A stretch of 64,000 bases of DNA from a phage, in sequence record PZ452591.1; one strand, 5' to 3'. The stretch's first letter is position 1. Each line of letters starts with the position of its first letter. Under the pieces are notes generated by a model. The model did not search any database and was not told the DNA's origin. It worked only from the letters and a program-made list of their open reading frames with translations. Of this stretch, positions 23,101 through 33,179 are shown one piece after another. A program made the position numbers and the translations under genes.

Positions 23101-23978
23101 ATTCTCAGCGTAATAAAGCTGGAAATATAACATTTAATATCAACGGTACAGTAACACCGATAAATGTTAATGCTTCAGGAACATTGAATGCAAATGGTGT
23201 AGCAACATTTGGTAATTCAGTCACTGCAACTGGTGAAATTATTTCTCGAAGCGCAAATGCTTTCCGTGCTATTAGCGGAAATTATGGTTTCATTGTTCGC
23301 AATGACGGGTCAGTAACGAATTTTATGCTTACTGCATCGGGTGATCAGACTGGCGGATTTAATGGATTGCGTCCTTTAGCTATTAATAATGCATCTGGCC
23401 AAGTAACGATTGGTGAAAGCTTAATCATTGCAAAAGGTGCTACTATAAGTTCGGGTGGTTTGACTGTTAACTCGAGAATTCGTTCTCAGGGTACTAAAAC
23501 CTCTGATTTATATACCCGTGCGCCAACATCTGATACAGTAGGATTCTGGTCAATCGATATTAATGATTCAGCCACTTATAACCAGTTCCCGGGTTATTTT
23601 AAAATGGTTGAAAAAACTAATGAAGTGACTGGACTTCCATACTTAGAACGTGGTGAAGAAGTTAAATCTCCTGGTACATTGACTCAGTTTGGTAACACAC
23701 TTGATTCACTTTACCAAGATTGGATTACTTATCCAACGACCCCAGAAGCACGTACCACTCGCTGGACACGTACATGGCAGAAAACCAAAAACTCTTGGTC
23801 AAGTTTTGTTCAGGTATTTGACGGAGGTAACCCTCCTCAACCTTCAGATATAGGAGCGATCCCATCTGATAATGGAATAATAGGTAATCTTACTATTCGC
23901 GATTTCTTGCGAATTGGTAATGTTCGCATTATTCCTGACCCAGTGAATAAAACTGTTAAATTTGAGTGGATTGAATAA
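20109..23978 (+). CDS. 34: long tail fiber proximal subunit gp34, 1289 aa
   Basis: ATG at 20109; length equals T4 gp34; internal repeats of about 39 aa. Confidence 0.93.
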   Translation: MAEIKRKFRAEDGLDAGGDKIINVALADRTVGTDGVNVDYLIQENTVQQYDPTRGYLKDFVIIYNNRFWAAADNIPKPAGNFNRIRWKALRTDAVYTTVSSGPYQLKSGEAISVDTSVGNDIEFTLPPSPLDGETVIIQDIGGKPGINQVKINSSNQSIVNFRGEQVRSVLMTHPKSQMVFIFNNRLWQMYIADYSREAAIVTPSTAYQAQSNDFIVRRFTSAAPINVKLPRFANHGDIINFVDLDKLNPLYHTIVTTYDETTSVQEVGTHSIEGRTSIDGFLMFDDNEKLWRLFDGDSKARLRIITTNSNIRPNEEVMVFGANNGTTQTIELQLPTDISVGDTVKISMNYMRKGQTVKIKAAGEDKIASSVQLLQFPKRSEYPPEAEWVTVQELVFNGETNYVPVLQLAYIEDSDGKYWVVQQNVPTVERVDSLNNSTRARLGVIALATQAQANADLENSPQKELAITPETLANRTATETRRGIARIATTAQVNQNTTFSFADDLIITPKKLNERTATETRRGVAEIATQQETNTGTDDTTIITPKKLQARQGSESLSGIVTFVSTAGATPASSRELNGTNVYNKNTNNLVVSPKALDQYKATPTQQGAVILAVESEVIAGQSQEGWANAVVTPETLHKKTSTDARIGLIEIATQSEVNTGTDYTRAVTPKTLNDRRATESLSGIAEIATQVEFDAGVDDTRISTPLKIKTRFNSTDRTSVVALSGLVESGTLWDHYTLNILEANETQRGTLRVATQVEAAAGTLDNVLITPKKLLGTKSTEAQEGVIKVATQSETVAGTSANTAVSPKNLKWIVQSEPTWAATTAIRGFVKTSSGSITFVGNDTVGSTQPLESYEKNGYAVSPYELNRVLANYLPLKAKAVDSNLLDGLDSLQFIRRDIAQTVNGSLTLTQQTNLSAPLVSSSTATFGGSVSANSTLTISNTGTATRLIFEKGPQTGTNPAQTMTVRVWGNQFSGESDTTRSTVFEVSDETSSHFYSQRNKAGNITFNINGTVTPINVNASGTLNANGVATFGNSVTATGEIISRSANAFRAISGNYGFIVRNDGSVTNFMLTASGDQTGGFNGLRPLAINNASGQVTIGESLIIAKGATISSGGLTVNSRIRSQGTKTSDLYTRAPTSDTVGFWSIDINDSATYNQFPGYFKMVEKTNEVTGLPYLERGEEVKSPGTLTQFGNTLDSLYQDWITYPTTPEARTTRWTRTWQKTKNSWSSFVQVFDGGNPPQPSDIGAIPSDNGIIGNLTIRDFLRIGNVRIIPDPVNKTVKFEWIE

Positions 23979-23986
23979 GAGGTATT

Positions 23987-25102
23987 ATGGAAAAATTTAT
24001 GGCAGAGTTTGGACAAGGATATGTCCAAACGCCATTTTTATCGGAAAGCAATTCAGTAAGATATAAAATAAGCATAGCGGGTTCTTGCCCGCTTTCTACT
24101 GCGGGACCATATGTTAAATTTCAGGATAATCCCGTTGGAAATCAAACATTTAGTGCAGGTCTTCATTTAAGAGTTTTTGACCCTTCTACGGGAGCATTAG
24201 TTGATAGCAAGTCATATGCTTTTTCTGCTTCAAACAATACAACATCTGCCGCTTTTGTCAGTTTCATGAATTCTTTGTCAAACAATAGACTTGTTGCTAT
24301 ATTAACTAGCGGAAAGGTTAATTTTCCTCCTGAAGTGGTATCTTGGTTAAGGGGAGCAGGAACTTCAGTTTTTCCATCAGATTCAGTATTGTCAAGATTT
24401 GACGTGTCATATGCTGCTTTTTATACTTCTTCTAAAAGAGCTATTGCATTAGAGCATGTTAAACTAAGTAATAGAAAAAGCACAGATGATTATCAAACTA
24501 TTTTAGATGTTGTATTTGATAGTTTAGAAGACGTCGGAGCTACAGGATTTCCTAAAAGAACATACGAAAGCGTTGAGCAATTTATGTCTGCGGTTGGAGG
24601 AACTAATAATGAAATTGCGCGATTGCCAACTTCAGCTGCTATAAGTAAACTTTCTGACTACAATTTAATTCCTGGTGATGTTCTTTATCTTAAAGCACAA
24701 CTATATGCTGATGCTGATTTACTTGATCTTGGAACTACAAATATATCTATTCGTTTTTATGATGCATCAAATGGATATATTTCCTCGACCCAAGCTGAGT
24801 TTACTGGGCAAGCTGGGTCTTGGGAATTAAAAGAAGATTATGTAGTTGTTCCTGAAAATGCAGTAGGATTTACGATATATGCACAAAGAACTGCCCAAGC
24901 AGGTCAAGGCGGCATGAGAAATTTAAGCTTTTCTGAAGTATCAAGAAATGGCGGCATTTCAAAACCTGCCGAATTTGGCGTCAACGGTATTCGCGTTAAT
25001 TATGTCTGCGAATCGGCTTCACCTCCAGATATAATGGTACTTCCTACACAAGCCTCTTCTAAAACTGGCAAAGTGTTTGGGCAAGAATTTAGAGAAGTTT
25101 AA
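23987..25102 (+). CDS. 35: long tail fiber hinge protein gp35, 371 aa
   Basis: ATG at 23987; synteny 34-35-36-37. Confidence 0.88.
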   Translation: MEKFMAEFGQGYVQTPFLSESNSVRYKISIAGSCPLSTAGPYVKFQDNPVGNQTFSAGLHLRVFDPSTGALVDSKSYAFSASNNTTSAAFVSFMNSLSNNRLVAILTSGKVNFPPEVVSWLRGAGTSVFPSDSVLSRFDVSYAAFYTSSKRAIALEHVKLSNRKSTDDYQTILDVVFDSLEDVGATGFPKRTYESVEQFMSAVGGTNNEIARLPTSAAISKLSDYNLIPGDVLYLKAQLYADADLLDLGTTNISIRFYDASNGYISSTQAEFTGQAGSWELKEDYVVVPENAVGFTIYAQRTAQAGQGGMRNLSFSEVSRNGGISKPAEFGVNGIRVNYVCESASPPDIMVLPTQASSKTGKVFGQEFREV

Positions 25103-25107
25103 ACTGA

Positions 25108-25130
25108 GGGAGCCTTCGGGTTCCCTTTTT
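25108..25130 (+). terminator. intrinsic terminator after gene 35
   Basis: GGGAGCC-UUCG-GGUUCCC hairpin (one G-U pair) followed by UUUUU. Confidence 0.65.
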
Positions 25131-25133
25131 CTT

Positions 25134-25141
25134 TATAAATA
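25134..25141 (+). promoter_or_regulatory. late promoter TATAAATA upstream of gene 36
   Basis: exact octamer about 24 nt upstream of the gene 36 ATG. Confidence 0.6.
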
Positions 25142-25164
25142 ATATTAAAATAAAGGGGCATATA

Positions 25165-25815
25165 ATGGCTGATTTAAAAGTAGGTTCAACTGTAGGTGGA
25201 TCTGTCATTTGGCATCAAGGAAATTTTCCATTGAATTCAGCCGGTGACGATGTACTCTACAAATCATTTAAAATATATTCAGAATATAATAAACCGCAGG
25301 CAGCTGATAACGATTTCGTTTCTAAAGCTAATGGTGGTACTTACACCGGTCCAATTACTATTAATTACGGGGTAAATAGTTATCTTCAATTAAGTAATAA
25401 TGAAACCCCCATTCGAATTCGTTCTGGTGGCGGTACCGGTAATACTCTTGTAGTTGGTGGCTCTTCCGGCGGTATTAGTTTTAGACCTGCAGGTAGTGAA
25501 ATCACTACTGGACAAATTACTATTACACCAGAAGGTTTGACAACATTTACCAGGGCTGTAACGGCTCCATCGGTAACTGTTACATCTACTCCTTCCGCAG
25601 CATCTGATGTTACTCGTAAAGATTATGTTGATGGAGCAATAAATACTGTTACAGCAAATGCAAACTCTAGGGTATTACGCTCTGGAGACACTATGACAGG
25701 AAATTTAACTGCGCCAAACCTTTTTTCACAGAATCCTGCATCTCAACCTTCACACGTTCCACGATTTGACCAAATCGTAATTAAGGATTCTGTTCAAGAT
25801 TTCGGCTATTATTAA
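25165..25815 (+). CDS. 36: long tail fiber distal connector gp36, 216 aa
   Basis: ATG at 25165; synteny. Confidence 0.88.
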   Translation: MADLKVGSTVGGSVIWHQGNFPLNSAGDDVLYKSFKIYSEYNKPQAADNDFVSKANGGTYTGPITINYGVNSYLQLSNNETPIRIRSGGGTGNTLVVGGSSGGISFRPAGSEITTGQITITPEGLTTFTRAVTAPSVTVTSTPSAASDVTRKDYVDGAINTVTANANSRVLRSGDTMTGNLTAPNLFSQNPASQPSHVPRFDQIVIKDSVQDFGYY

Positions 25816-25823
25816 GAGGACTT

Positions 25824-28808
25824 ATGGCTACTTTAAAACAAATACAATTTAAAAGAAGCAAAACTGCAGGTCAACTTCCTGCTGCTTCAGTATTAGCCGA
25901 AGGTGAATTGGCTATTAATTTAAAAGATAAAACAATTTTCACAAAAGATGACTCAGGCAATGTTATAGAATTAGGTTTAAAATATGGAGGAACAATTGAT
26001 GGTTCTTTAACTGTTAATGGAAATATAATTGGAAATTTAACAGGTAACGCTGCAACTGCAACGAAATTAAAAACAGCACGAAAAATTAATGGTATATCCT
26101 TTGATGGGTCAAAAGATATCACGCTAACTCCATCTGACATAAATGTCAATAGCACAACGTTTATAAAAAATAATGGCGAATTACCTGTTGATGCTAATTT
26201 AGATACGTATGGGCCTGTTGAAGAATATCTTGGAGTTTGGTCGAAAGCAACTTCAACCAACGCTCAACCAGCAAATAAATTTCCAGAAGAAAATGCTGTA
26301 GGTGTGCTAGAAGTATTTGTGGCCGGTCAATTTGCTGGTACTCAGAGATATACAACTAGATACGGAAATGTTTATATTCGTTCCTTGACTGCTACATGGA
26401 ACGGAGTAAATGGTCCGTGGAGTGTGTGGCGAAATATTCAATCCGGTACTCGTCCACTGTCAACAACAATTGATCTTAATGATCTAGGAGGCGCTGAACA
26501 CTTTGGTTTGTGGCGAAATAGTTCAAATTCCATTGCTACCTTTGACAGAAATTTCCCAGAAGAGGGGTCGTCAGCTCAAGGTCTTTTGGAAGTATATGAA
26601 GGTGGAAACTATTCTCGTACACAAAGATATACAACCAGATTTGGTGTTGTATATACTCGTTGTCTTGCTGCCGCGTGGGATGCTTCCGCGCCTAAATGGG
26701 GACCGTGGCAACAAGTCGGTAATGTCACACCAGCGACTTTCTATGACGGAGATCTGAATGATTTTAAAACCCCTGGGTTATATAATATTTTAGGCACTGA
26801 TGCCGTTATTAACTGTCCTACAGGTGAAGGTTTGCCGACTGTTATTGTTGGTTTGCTGGAAGTTAAACAACGTGCTTCTGGCGGTGCTATTTTCCAAAAA
26901 TTTACTACTGCCGGAACGGGTGCAACTACTCGCGATCGTATTTTTGAGCGTGCATATACTGGTGGTGTGTGGGGTGCATGGAACGAAGTATATACATCTT
27001 ACTCTCTGCCAATTACTTTAGGTATGGGTGGTATTAAAACTCAATTAGCGGAGCTAGATTGGCAAACATTTGATTTTGTTCCTGGTAGTATGTTTAGCGT
27101 TCCTTTGAACAAAATAAAGAACATGCCAGCTAATATGAATTGGGGCACGATTGACGGAAACTTAATTATGTTTTCTGTTGGTCCTAGCGAGCACACCAGC
27201 ACAGGACGTACTGTTCAGGTTTGGCGTGGAACTGTATCCCAGACAAACTATCGTTATTTTGTCGTTCGTGTGTTCGGTAATTCTGGAAATAGAACTTGCA
27301 CAGTTCGCCGTGTTGTTCTTGAAGACGGATCACATACTTGGACTGCTAAACAAGATTTTAATGGCGCAGTTAACTTCGGTGCTCCTACCAATTTTAACTC
27401 TACTGTTAACCTTAATAACACTACCACATTTAAAACAGAAGTTAAATTTCGCTCATTGAATGCATTCCGTATGTATGGCGGAAAATTTGGTACATTTTTA
27501 CGTAATGATGGAGAGAGTCTTTATATTCTTTCCACCGACGAAGATGATCAAGATGGAAACTTTAATACAAATAGACCTTTCCGTTATGAATTAAGAACTG
27601 GTGATGTTACTTTGGGTGGTGCTAGTGGTGCTAACGTTTTAAAATTAAAACGTGATTCTCTCACCGCATTTTTTGGCGGTGATATTAACATTAAAGGCAC
27701 GATGACTTTTGACGCCGGACGTTTAGGATCACGAGATTATTTTAAATTTAACCATTGGGGTGATAGTAATAATGCGCGTGATAACATTATTCAGTTAGAA
27801 GACAGCAAAGGCGCTCATTTTTCCACTGAACGTACTTTAGCGACTGGTGCAATTAAGACTAAATTTTTTGGTGAAATTGAATCCGATGGTAAATTGGTTA
27901 TTAAACGTCCGGGTGATTCTATTGTATTATCAACAACTGCTAGTAATTCTTTGCATATTCGTGGTGACATAGACGGGACTGGTAACTGGTATATTGGTAA
28001 GGGTGGTGCTGATAATGGATTAGCGTTATATAGTTATGCTACTAATGCTGGTGTATACATTACAAACGCAGGAGATATCACGCTAAGTCCAAAAGGCGTC
28101 GAAATGGCCCATGTCAATAACGTTCGATTATATGTTCATGGTGAACGTTGGACTGCTAGTCAACCAGGTGATTGGGGTAGTCAGTGGCAAGTGGAAGCGC
28201 CAATATTCGTCGATCATGGTTATGTTTCACAGGATTGTTATTATCCAATTATTAAAGGAAGAAGTGTAATCACCAATCAAGGGTTTGTAACTGCCGTCGA
28301 TCTTGGTATTCGTCGTGTCAATAACAATTGGGGACAAGCAATTATTCGTGTTGGATCTGCGGAGGCATCGCCAGCGGCTGGACACCCTAACGCGGTATTT
28401 GAATTTCATTACGACGGTACTTTCTATTCTCCTGGTAATGGTAACTTTAACGATGTGTATATTCGTTCCGATGGTCGTCTTAAGATTAATAAAAAAGAGC
28501 TAGAAAACGGAGCACTTGAAAAAGTATGCCGACTGAAAGTTTATACATACGATAAGGTTAAGTCTATTAAAGATCGTAGTGTTATTAAACGTGAAGTTGG
28601 TATTATTGCTCAGGATCTTGAAAAAGAATTACCGGAAGCTGTGTCTAAAGTTGAAGTTGATGGATCTGATGTTCTGACAATTTCTAACTCTGCTGTGAAT
28701 GCTCTTTTAATTAAGGCTATTCAGGAAATGAGTGAAGAAATTAAAGAATTGAAAACGCCTCTCTTTACTAAAATTGCTCGCAAAATTAGTAAATATTTTA
28801 AATTCTAA
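25824..28808 (+). CDS. 37: long tail fiber distal subunit gp37, 994 aa, with C-terminal intramolecular chaperone-like domain
   Basis: ATG at 25824; conserved N-terminus; C-terminal about 110 aa resembles a tail-fiber/endosialidase-type self-cleaving chaperone domain. Confidence 0.9.
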   Translation: MATLKQIQFKRSKTAGQLPAASVLAEGELAINLKDKTIFTKDDSGNVIELGLKYGGTIDGSLTVNGNIIGNLTGNAATATKLKTARKINGISFDGSKDITLTPSDINVNSTTFIKNNGELPVDANLDTYGPVEEYLGVWSKATSTNAQPANKFPEENAVGVLEVFVAGQFAGTQRYTTRYGNVYIRSLTATWNGVNGPWSVWRNIQSGTRPLSTTIDLNDLGGAEHFGLWRNSSNSIATFDRNFPEEGSSAQGLLEVYEGGNYSRTQRYTTRFGVVYTRCLAAAWDASAPKWGPWQQVGNVTPATFYDGDLNDFKTPGLYNILGTDAVINCPTGEGLPTVIVGLLEVKQRASGGAIFQKFTTAGTGATTRDRIFERAYTGGVWGAWNEVYTSYSLPITLGMGGIKTQLAELDWQTFDFVPGSMFSVPLNKIKNMPANMNWGTIDGNLIMFSVGPSEHTSTGRTVQVWRGTVSQTNYRYFVVRVFGNSGNRTCTVRRVVLEDGSHTWTAKQDFNGAVNFGAPTNFNSTVNLNNTTTFKTEVKFRSLNAFRMYGGKFGTFLRNDGESLYILSTDEDDQDGNFNTNRPFRYELRTGDVTLGGASGANVLKLKRDSLTAFFGGDINIKGTMTFDAGRLGSRDYFKFNHWGDSNNARDNIIQLEDSKGAHFSTERTLATGAIKTKFFGEIESDGKLVIKRPGDSIVLSTTASNSLHIRGDIDGTGNWYIGKGGADNGLALYSYATNAGVYITNAGDITLSPKGVEMAHVNNVRLYVHGERWTASQPGDWGSQWQVEAPIFVDHGYVSQDCYYPIIKGRSVITNQGFVTAVDLGIRRVNNNWGQAIIRVGSAEASPAAGHPNAVFEFHYDGTFYSPGNGNFNDVYIRSDGRLKINKKELENGALEKVCRLKVYTYDKVKSIKDRSVIKREVGIIAQDLEKELPEAVSKVEVDGSDVLTISNSAVNALLIKAIQEMSEEIKELKTPLFTKIARKISKYFKF

Positions 28809-28814
28809 CAACAA

Positions 28815-28832
28815 GGGGGAAATGCCCCCTTT
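28815..28832 (+). terminator. hairpin GGGGG-AAAUG-CCCCC with short U-run after gene 37
   Basis: 5-bp G/C stem directly after the gene 37 stop. Confidence 0.45.
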
Positions 28833-28844
28833 GGAGTATAAATT

Positions 28845-29636
28845 ATGGCAGTAGTTGGAGTTCCTGGCTGGATTGGAAGTTCAGCCGCAAATGAAACAGG
28901 ACAACGCTGGATGAGTCAAGCGGCTGGTCAATTAAGATTGGGTGTTCCTTGCTGGATGAGTCAATTTGCAGGTCGCTCACGAGAAATTATTCACACGCTT
29001 GGAGCAGACCATAACTTCAATGGTCAATGGTTCCGAGATAGATGTTTTGAGGCAGGTAGTGCACCTATAGTGTTTAATATTACAGGTGATTTAGTATCAT
29101 ATTCTAAAGATGTTCCTTTATTCTTCATGTACGGAGATACACCAAATGAATATGTTCAGTTAAATATACATGGCGTAACGATGTATGGTCGTGGAGGTAA
29201 TGGTGGTAGCAATAGTCCTGGCTCAGCTGGGGGTCATTGTATTCAAAATAATATTGGTGGGAGACTAAGAATTAATAATGGCGGAGCTATTGCTGGCGGC
29301 GGTGGCGGCGGTGGCGGCGGCTACTGGAATGCCGGTATAACGAGATATAGATCTGTTGTTGGTGGCGGTGGCGGACGTCCATTTGGGGCGGCTGGCGGGT
29401 ATTCTGGAGGATCAGCTTCTACCGCGGGCACTTTGACTGGGGCGGGCATTGGTTCTAAACCGGGAAATGCGATTTATGGTGGAAACGGAGGAAATGTGGG
29501 ATCTGCTGGTGGAGCTTGTGGCGGAATCTCAGGCTCTCGTTATGCTCGTTATGGTGGCGGCGCTGCTGGTTATGCTGTCATAGGGTCCGCTCCAACATGG
29601 CAAAATGTTGGAGCAATATATGGTCCAAGAGTATAA
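28845..29636 (+). CDS. 38: tail fiber tip adhesin gp38 (T2/T6-type, glycine-rich motifs), 263 aa
   Basis: ATG at 28845; several Gly-rich blocks ([59 protein letters not shown]) as in T2-type gp38 adhesins. Confidence 0.85.
   Translation: MAVVGVPGWIGSSAANETGQRWMSQAAGQLRLGVPCWMSQFAGRSREIIHTLGADHNFNGQWFRDRCFEAGSAPIVFNITGDLVSYSKDVPLFFMYGDTPNEYVQLNIHGVTMYGRGGNGGSNSPGSAGGHCIQNNIGGRLRINNGGAIAGGGGGGGGGYWNAGITRYRSVVGGGGGRPFGAAGGYSGGSASTAGTLTGAGIGSKPGNAIYGGNGGNVGSAGGACGGISGSRYARYGGGAAGYAVIGSAPTWQNVGAIYGPRV
29295..29321 (+). repeat. (GGC/GGT)9 trinucleotide tract encoding Gly9 inside gene 38
   Basis: ggcggcggtggcggcggtggcggcggc read directly from the sequence. Confidence 0.9.
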
Positions 29637-29666
29637 TGTGAATAAATACCCTTAAAAGGAGGGTCT

Positions 29667-30323
29667 ATGGCAGCACCTAGAATATCATTTTCGCCCTCTG
29701 ATATTCTATTTGGTGTTCTAGATCGCTTGTTCAAAGATAATGCTACCGGGAAAGTTCTTGCTTCCCGGGTAGCTGTCGTAATTCTTTTGTTTATAATGGC
29801 GATTGTATGGTATAGGGGAGATAGTTTCTTTGAGTACTATAAGCAATCAAAGTATGAAACATACAGCGAAATTATTGAAAAGGAAAGAAATGCACGCTTT
29901 GAATCTGTCGCCCTGGAACAACTCCAGATAGTTCATATATCATCTGAGGCAGACTTTAGTGCGGTGTATTCTTTCCGCCCTAAAAACTTAAACTATTTTG
30001 TTGATATTATAGCATATGAAGGAAGATTACCTTCAACAATAACTGAAAAATCACTTGGAGGATATCCTGTTGATAAAACTATGGATGAATACACAGTTCA
30101 TTTAAATGGACGTCATTATTATTCCAACTCAAAATTTGCTTTTTTACCAACTAAAAAGCCTACTCCCGAAATAAACTACATGTACAGTTGTCCATATTTT
30201 AATTTGGATAATATCTATGCTGGAACGATAACCATGTACTGGTATAGAAATGATCATATAAGTAATGACCGCCTTGAATCAATATGTGCTCAGGCGGCCA
30301 GAATATTAGGAAGGGCTAAATAA
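29667..30323 (+). CDS. t: holin T, 218 aa
   Basis: ATG at 29667; single N-terminal transmembrane segment and large periplasmic domain; matches recalled T4 T. Confidence 0.9.
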   Translation: MAAPRISFSPSDILFGVLDRLFKDNATGKVLASRVAVVILLFIMAIVWYRGDSFFEYYKQSKYETYSEIIEKERNARFESVALEQLQIVHISSEADFSAVYSFRPKNLNYFVDIIAYEGRLPSTITEKSLGGYPVDKTMDEYTVHLNGRHYYSNSKFAFLPTKKPTPEINYMYSCPYFNLDNIYAGTITMYWYRNDHISNDRLESICAQAARILGRAK

Positions 30324-30596
30324 TTATTTGTTCGTATACATTTCTAGATATCGATATACACCCTCAAAACCCTCGTTGAATTCATCGATGAGGGTTTTCT
30401 TATCTTCTTGAGTTAATTCAGAAACAATTTTACGGAATGAATTCTGATTTAACTTTCTACCTTCATGCGTTACTCCAATCTCATTTAGAAATGCAATAAA
30501 ATTAGCACGATTTTCGACAATATCTTCTCTAGAAAATTTAATCAAAATAGATGCAACAGTAATAATTTCACGAACTGTATCAATATTTTTATTCAT
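30324..30596 (-). CDS. asiA: anti-sigma70 factor AsiA, 90 aa
   Basis: ATG at 30594-30596; MNKNIDTVREIITVASILIKFSREDIVENRANFIAFLNEIGV... matches recalled T4 AsiA. Confidence 0.9.
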   Translation of the reverse strand: MNKNIDTVREIITVASILIKFSREDIVENRANFIAFLNEIGVTHEGRKLNQNSFRKIVSELTQEDKKTLIDEFNEGFEGVYRYLEMYTNK

Positions 30597-30628
30597 TGAC
30601 TATACCACTCAATTAGTTGACTTTGTTA

Positions 30629-30658
30629 TAATATCATCAGACGCTTGATTTGTAAACT
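30629..30658 (-). promoter_or_regulatory. early promoter upstream of asiA (-35 GTTTAC, 18-bp spacer, -10 TATTAT)
   Basis: minus strand GTTTAC at 30653-30658, TATTAT at 30629-30634. Confidence 0.5.
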
Positions 30659-30757
30659 GGTCTGTGTTATTTTCTTCAAAAATTTTTTCTACGAATTCCT
30701 TGAACGACTCACGTTCCTGAGCTACATTATGCTCGATTACCATTTCAAGATTATAAC

Positions 30758-31036
30758 TCATTCGAAATAATCTTCAATTTCGTAATCATGGACATAAATC
30801 ATTATAGTTTTTAATACATCATCAATGCTTTTTCCTGGGGCTGGAATTACGTAGAAATATCCTGCTTTTGAGAGGTCTTTATAAGTTCCAATTAAGAAAT
30901 CGTTATTCTCAAGATGTAGTTCTTCAACTAATTCATTAATAATTGAATGGTATAAATTTGGTAGAAACTTATATAGCTTTTCTAGAATATCAATTTTGAT
31001 TGTATATTGAACCACGGACTGAGAATCAATAATCAT
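30758..31036 (-). CDS. arn: Arn, anti-restriction (McrBC inhibitor), 92 aa
   Basis: ATG at 31034-31036; size and position after asiA; identity from synteny and recollection. Confidence 0.75.
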   Translation of the reverse strand: MIIDSQSVVQYTIKIDILEKLYKFLPNLYHSIINELVEELHLENNDFLIGTYKDLSKAGYFYVIPAPGKSIDDVLKTIMIYVHDYEIEDYFE

Positions 31037-31119
31037 AGACCTTCCCCTTATGTTTCTGTTTGCGATTAGATTCTTTAAACGCTTTCTTCTTATCCTTATG
31101 AACAGAAGCTTTATTAAAA

Positions 31120-31338
31120 TTATGCTTTGCGACTAAATTGTTCATAGTGCTGAATTACCTCTCTTAAACATTTGCATGTGAATGAAAACTTTTTAGCTAC
31201 ACCACATTCAAATATATGTTCTCTTAAATCGCGTGTATCAGTATATCCCATCTCAACGATAAAATGTCGTATTAGATTTTTATCTTTATCGTTTAGAGAA
31301 TTAAAATAATCAGATTTTGAATTAATTTCCCTGGCCAA
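31120..31338 (-). CDS. hypothetical protein, 72 aa (Cys-containing)
   Basis: ORF track. Confidence 0.5.
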   Translation of the reverse strand: MAREINSKSDYFNSLNDKDKNLIRHFIVEMGYTDTRDLREHIFECGVAKKFSFTCKCLREVIQHYEQFSRKA

Positions 31339-31618
31339 ATTGAATCACCTTCAGTTGACGTTTTAGTTCTTTTATCATCTCTTCGTTCATTGCAATATAA
31401 AGATCGCGTAGAGCAGGTTTTAGCATTCCATTTACCGGAGAACTAAATGGGCATACATAATCTTTTCCTACGAGCTTTTTAGTGAATTCCATATCACAGA
31501 ACTTAAATCCCGGCTCATTGGTATAAATTCCCCAATTAGTTGACATCATTTTATTGGCATATTCTAGTGCCTTAATTTGATTCATAATTCCATCAATTTG
31601 AAACTTTTTAATATTCAT
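31322..31618 (-). CDS. hypothetical protein, 98 aa
   Basis: ORF track. Confidence 0.5.
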   Translation of the reverse strand: MNIKKFQIDGIMNQIKALEYANKMMSTNWGIYTNEPGFKFCDMEFTKKLVGKDYVCPFSSPVNGMLKPALRDLYIAMNEEMIKELKRQLKVIQFGQGN

Positions 31619-32079
31619 TAGTAAAGGTCCTCAGAGTAAAGTTCTTTTTCACTACCACCACGTTCAATACGTACTTGTCCAGCGTAAGTTGCAATAATCA
31701 TTGCTTCTTCACGTGTCCAATAATTACTATATTGGTCAATAAATCCTTGGTCATCATCACAAACTTGTTGAGTAACTAATTGAGGTTTAACTACATCTAA
31801 AACTTCTGCCATATCTTTAGAATAATGACGAGCACCTGGAATAATAAGAGTTCGTCCATCTTTTAATTTAAAACGGTTGGCTGCACAGACAATTCGTCGT
31901 TGATACTTTTGGTTTTCATCCCAATATGCAGTCTGCCAACAGATTTCAGGAACTTCTGTGAGAATATCTTCTTCGGTACATTTATAACCATGCGCTTTAA
32001 ATTTTTGAACAAGACTTTCTGGAGTTTCACGAGATAAAGGAACATTCAGCATTTTTAAACGATTGATAAATGGGTTCAT
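31618..32079 (-). CDS. hypothetical protein, 153 aa
   Basis: ORF track. Confidence 0.55.
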   Translation of the reverse strand: MNPFINRLKMLNVPLSRETPESLVQKFKAHGYKCTEEDILTEVPEICWQTAYWDENQKYQRRIVCAANRFKLKDGRTLIIPGARHYSKDMAEVLDVVKPQLVTQQVCDDDQGFIDQYSNYWTREEAMIIATYAGQVRIERGGSEKELYSEDLY

Positions 32080-32405
32080 TTAAACCATCCTTTAATACGT
32101 TGCCACAAAGTTTTCTGCTGAGCTTTGTTAACACCAATTGAGCGAATAACTGGTTGAGATTCCTGGAATTCTTTATAGTCAGCAAGGTAAATTTCGTAAG
32201 CTGCATCCGTAAATGAACTTATCGCTGCCATGAAATTATTGCGAATACCTACCGGAGCATCCTTATTTTCACGAATAATCATGTATTTACCAGTCTTAAT
32301 CTTTACAATAGTTCCAAGATAAGCTCCGTGGTACCAAATATCCCAACCCTCTTGAGTAGGTTCTGCACAACGACGAAGTTCATTAATAATTTCTAACTTG
32401 TTCAT
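32076..32405 (-). CDS. hypothetical protein, 109 aa
   Basis: ORF track. Confidence 0.55.
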   Translation of the reverse strand: MNKLEIINELRRCAEPTQEGWDIWYHGAYLGTIVKIKTGKYMIIRENKDAPVGIRNNFMAAISSFTDAAYEIYLADYKEFQESQPVIRSIGVNKAQQKTLWQRIKGWFK

Positions 32406-32415
32406 TATTTATTCC

Positions 32416-33051
32416 TCACAGTTCAGATGCTACAGCGATTACTGCTTCAATGTTTTCTGCTGAGCGTTTAATGTCAAGATACACATTACCGTTTTTAGCG
32501 ATTTTACATGACATTCCGATATCAGTAAATTTCTGAATATGATGTTCCATCATTTTGTATCCAAAAATTCGCATATTTCCATTATTGTTAATTTCAAAAT
32601 TACGAATTCCGTGAGTACGTTTTTCTAAAATAGCGAGATAGTTACTGCGGTAAGTTTCAACCTTTTTAAGAACAAATCCATTTTCATCTAAAAGTTTTAA
32701 CATGAGGTCTTTATCTTCTTCCATATCAGAAGTAATCTCACGAGCTTTACGAGTTGCTCGTTTTTTCAGAAGTTCCGGAGCATTTTCCTGTGCGTATAAA
32801 GTTGCTGCGTTTGAAATAATATCCTGGGCTTCACCTGTAATGATTAAACCATCACCAGATTTCTCCACCAGGCCTTTTTTAATCAATACCCCAATATTAC
32901 TATTAACTACTGCGTTACCTAAATCTGGATGCACCTCACGAACTTCTGCAGCTGTAATGAAATCTTTCTTAGCAATAGTAATTAAAATCGCAGCAGTTTT
33001 TTCATTCAGAACATCGTTAGAAGCTTTGATGATGTAAGTTACTTTAGACAT
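32416..33051 (-). CDS. motA: middle-transcription activator MotA, 211 aa
   Basis: ATG at 33049-33051; matches recalled T4 MotA. Confidence 0.9.
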   Translation of the reverse strand: MSKVTYIIKASNDVLNEKTAAILITIAKKDFITAAEVREVHPDLGNAVVNSNIGVLIKKGLVEKSGDGLIITGEAQDIISNAATLYAQENAPELLKKRATRKAREITSDMEEDKDLMLKLLDENGFVLKKVETYRSNYLAILEKRTHGIRNFEINNNGNMRIFGYKMMEHHIQKFTDIGMSCKIAKNGNVYLDIKRSAENIEAVIAVASEL

Positions 33052-33092
33052 TTTCTAATCTCCGTAATTCTGTATCAGTAGTTGATAGTTGT

Positions 33093-33122
33093 ATAGTACC
33101 ACAGTATGCTTTGGTTGTAAAC
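33093..33122 (-). promoter_or_regulatory. early promoter cassette upstream of motA
   Basis: minus strand GTTTAC at 33117-33122, 18-bp spacer, extended -10 TGG-TACTAT at 33093-33101. Confidence 0.55.
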
Positions 33123-33146
33123 CGTTTTGTGAAAAAATTTTTAAAT

Positions 33147-33174
33147 AAAAAAAAGGGAGAGCCTCGGCTCTCCC
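33147..33174 (-). terminator. intrinsic terminator GGGAGAGCC-GAG-GCUCUCCC plus U-run
   Basis: 8-9 bp stem with A8 run on the plus side, downstream of the 52/52.1 transcription unit. Confidence 0.6.
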
Positions 33175-33179
33175 TAAAA

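Noticed and set aside
21525-28409. Minus-strand ORFs inside the tail-fiber genes (21525-21767, 23837-24028, 25871-26260, 28227-28409) and extra plus-strand frames within gene 37 (26503-26757, 26800-27021, 27178-27459, 28303-28503)
   Set aside because: Embedded in or antisense to the long, conserved gp34-gp37 reading frames; no ribosome-binding sites; composition consistent with chance ORFs.
29285-29530. Glycine-rich region of gp38 as a possible collagen-like or separate low-complexity ORF
   Set aside because: It is in frame within gene 38 and matches the glycine-rich-motif architecture of T2-type adhesins; there is no Gly-X-Y periodicity.
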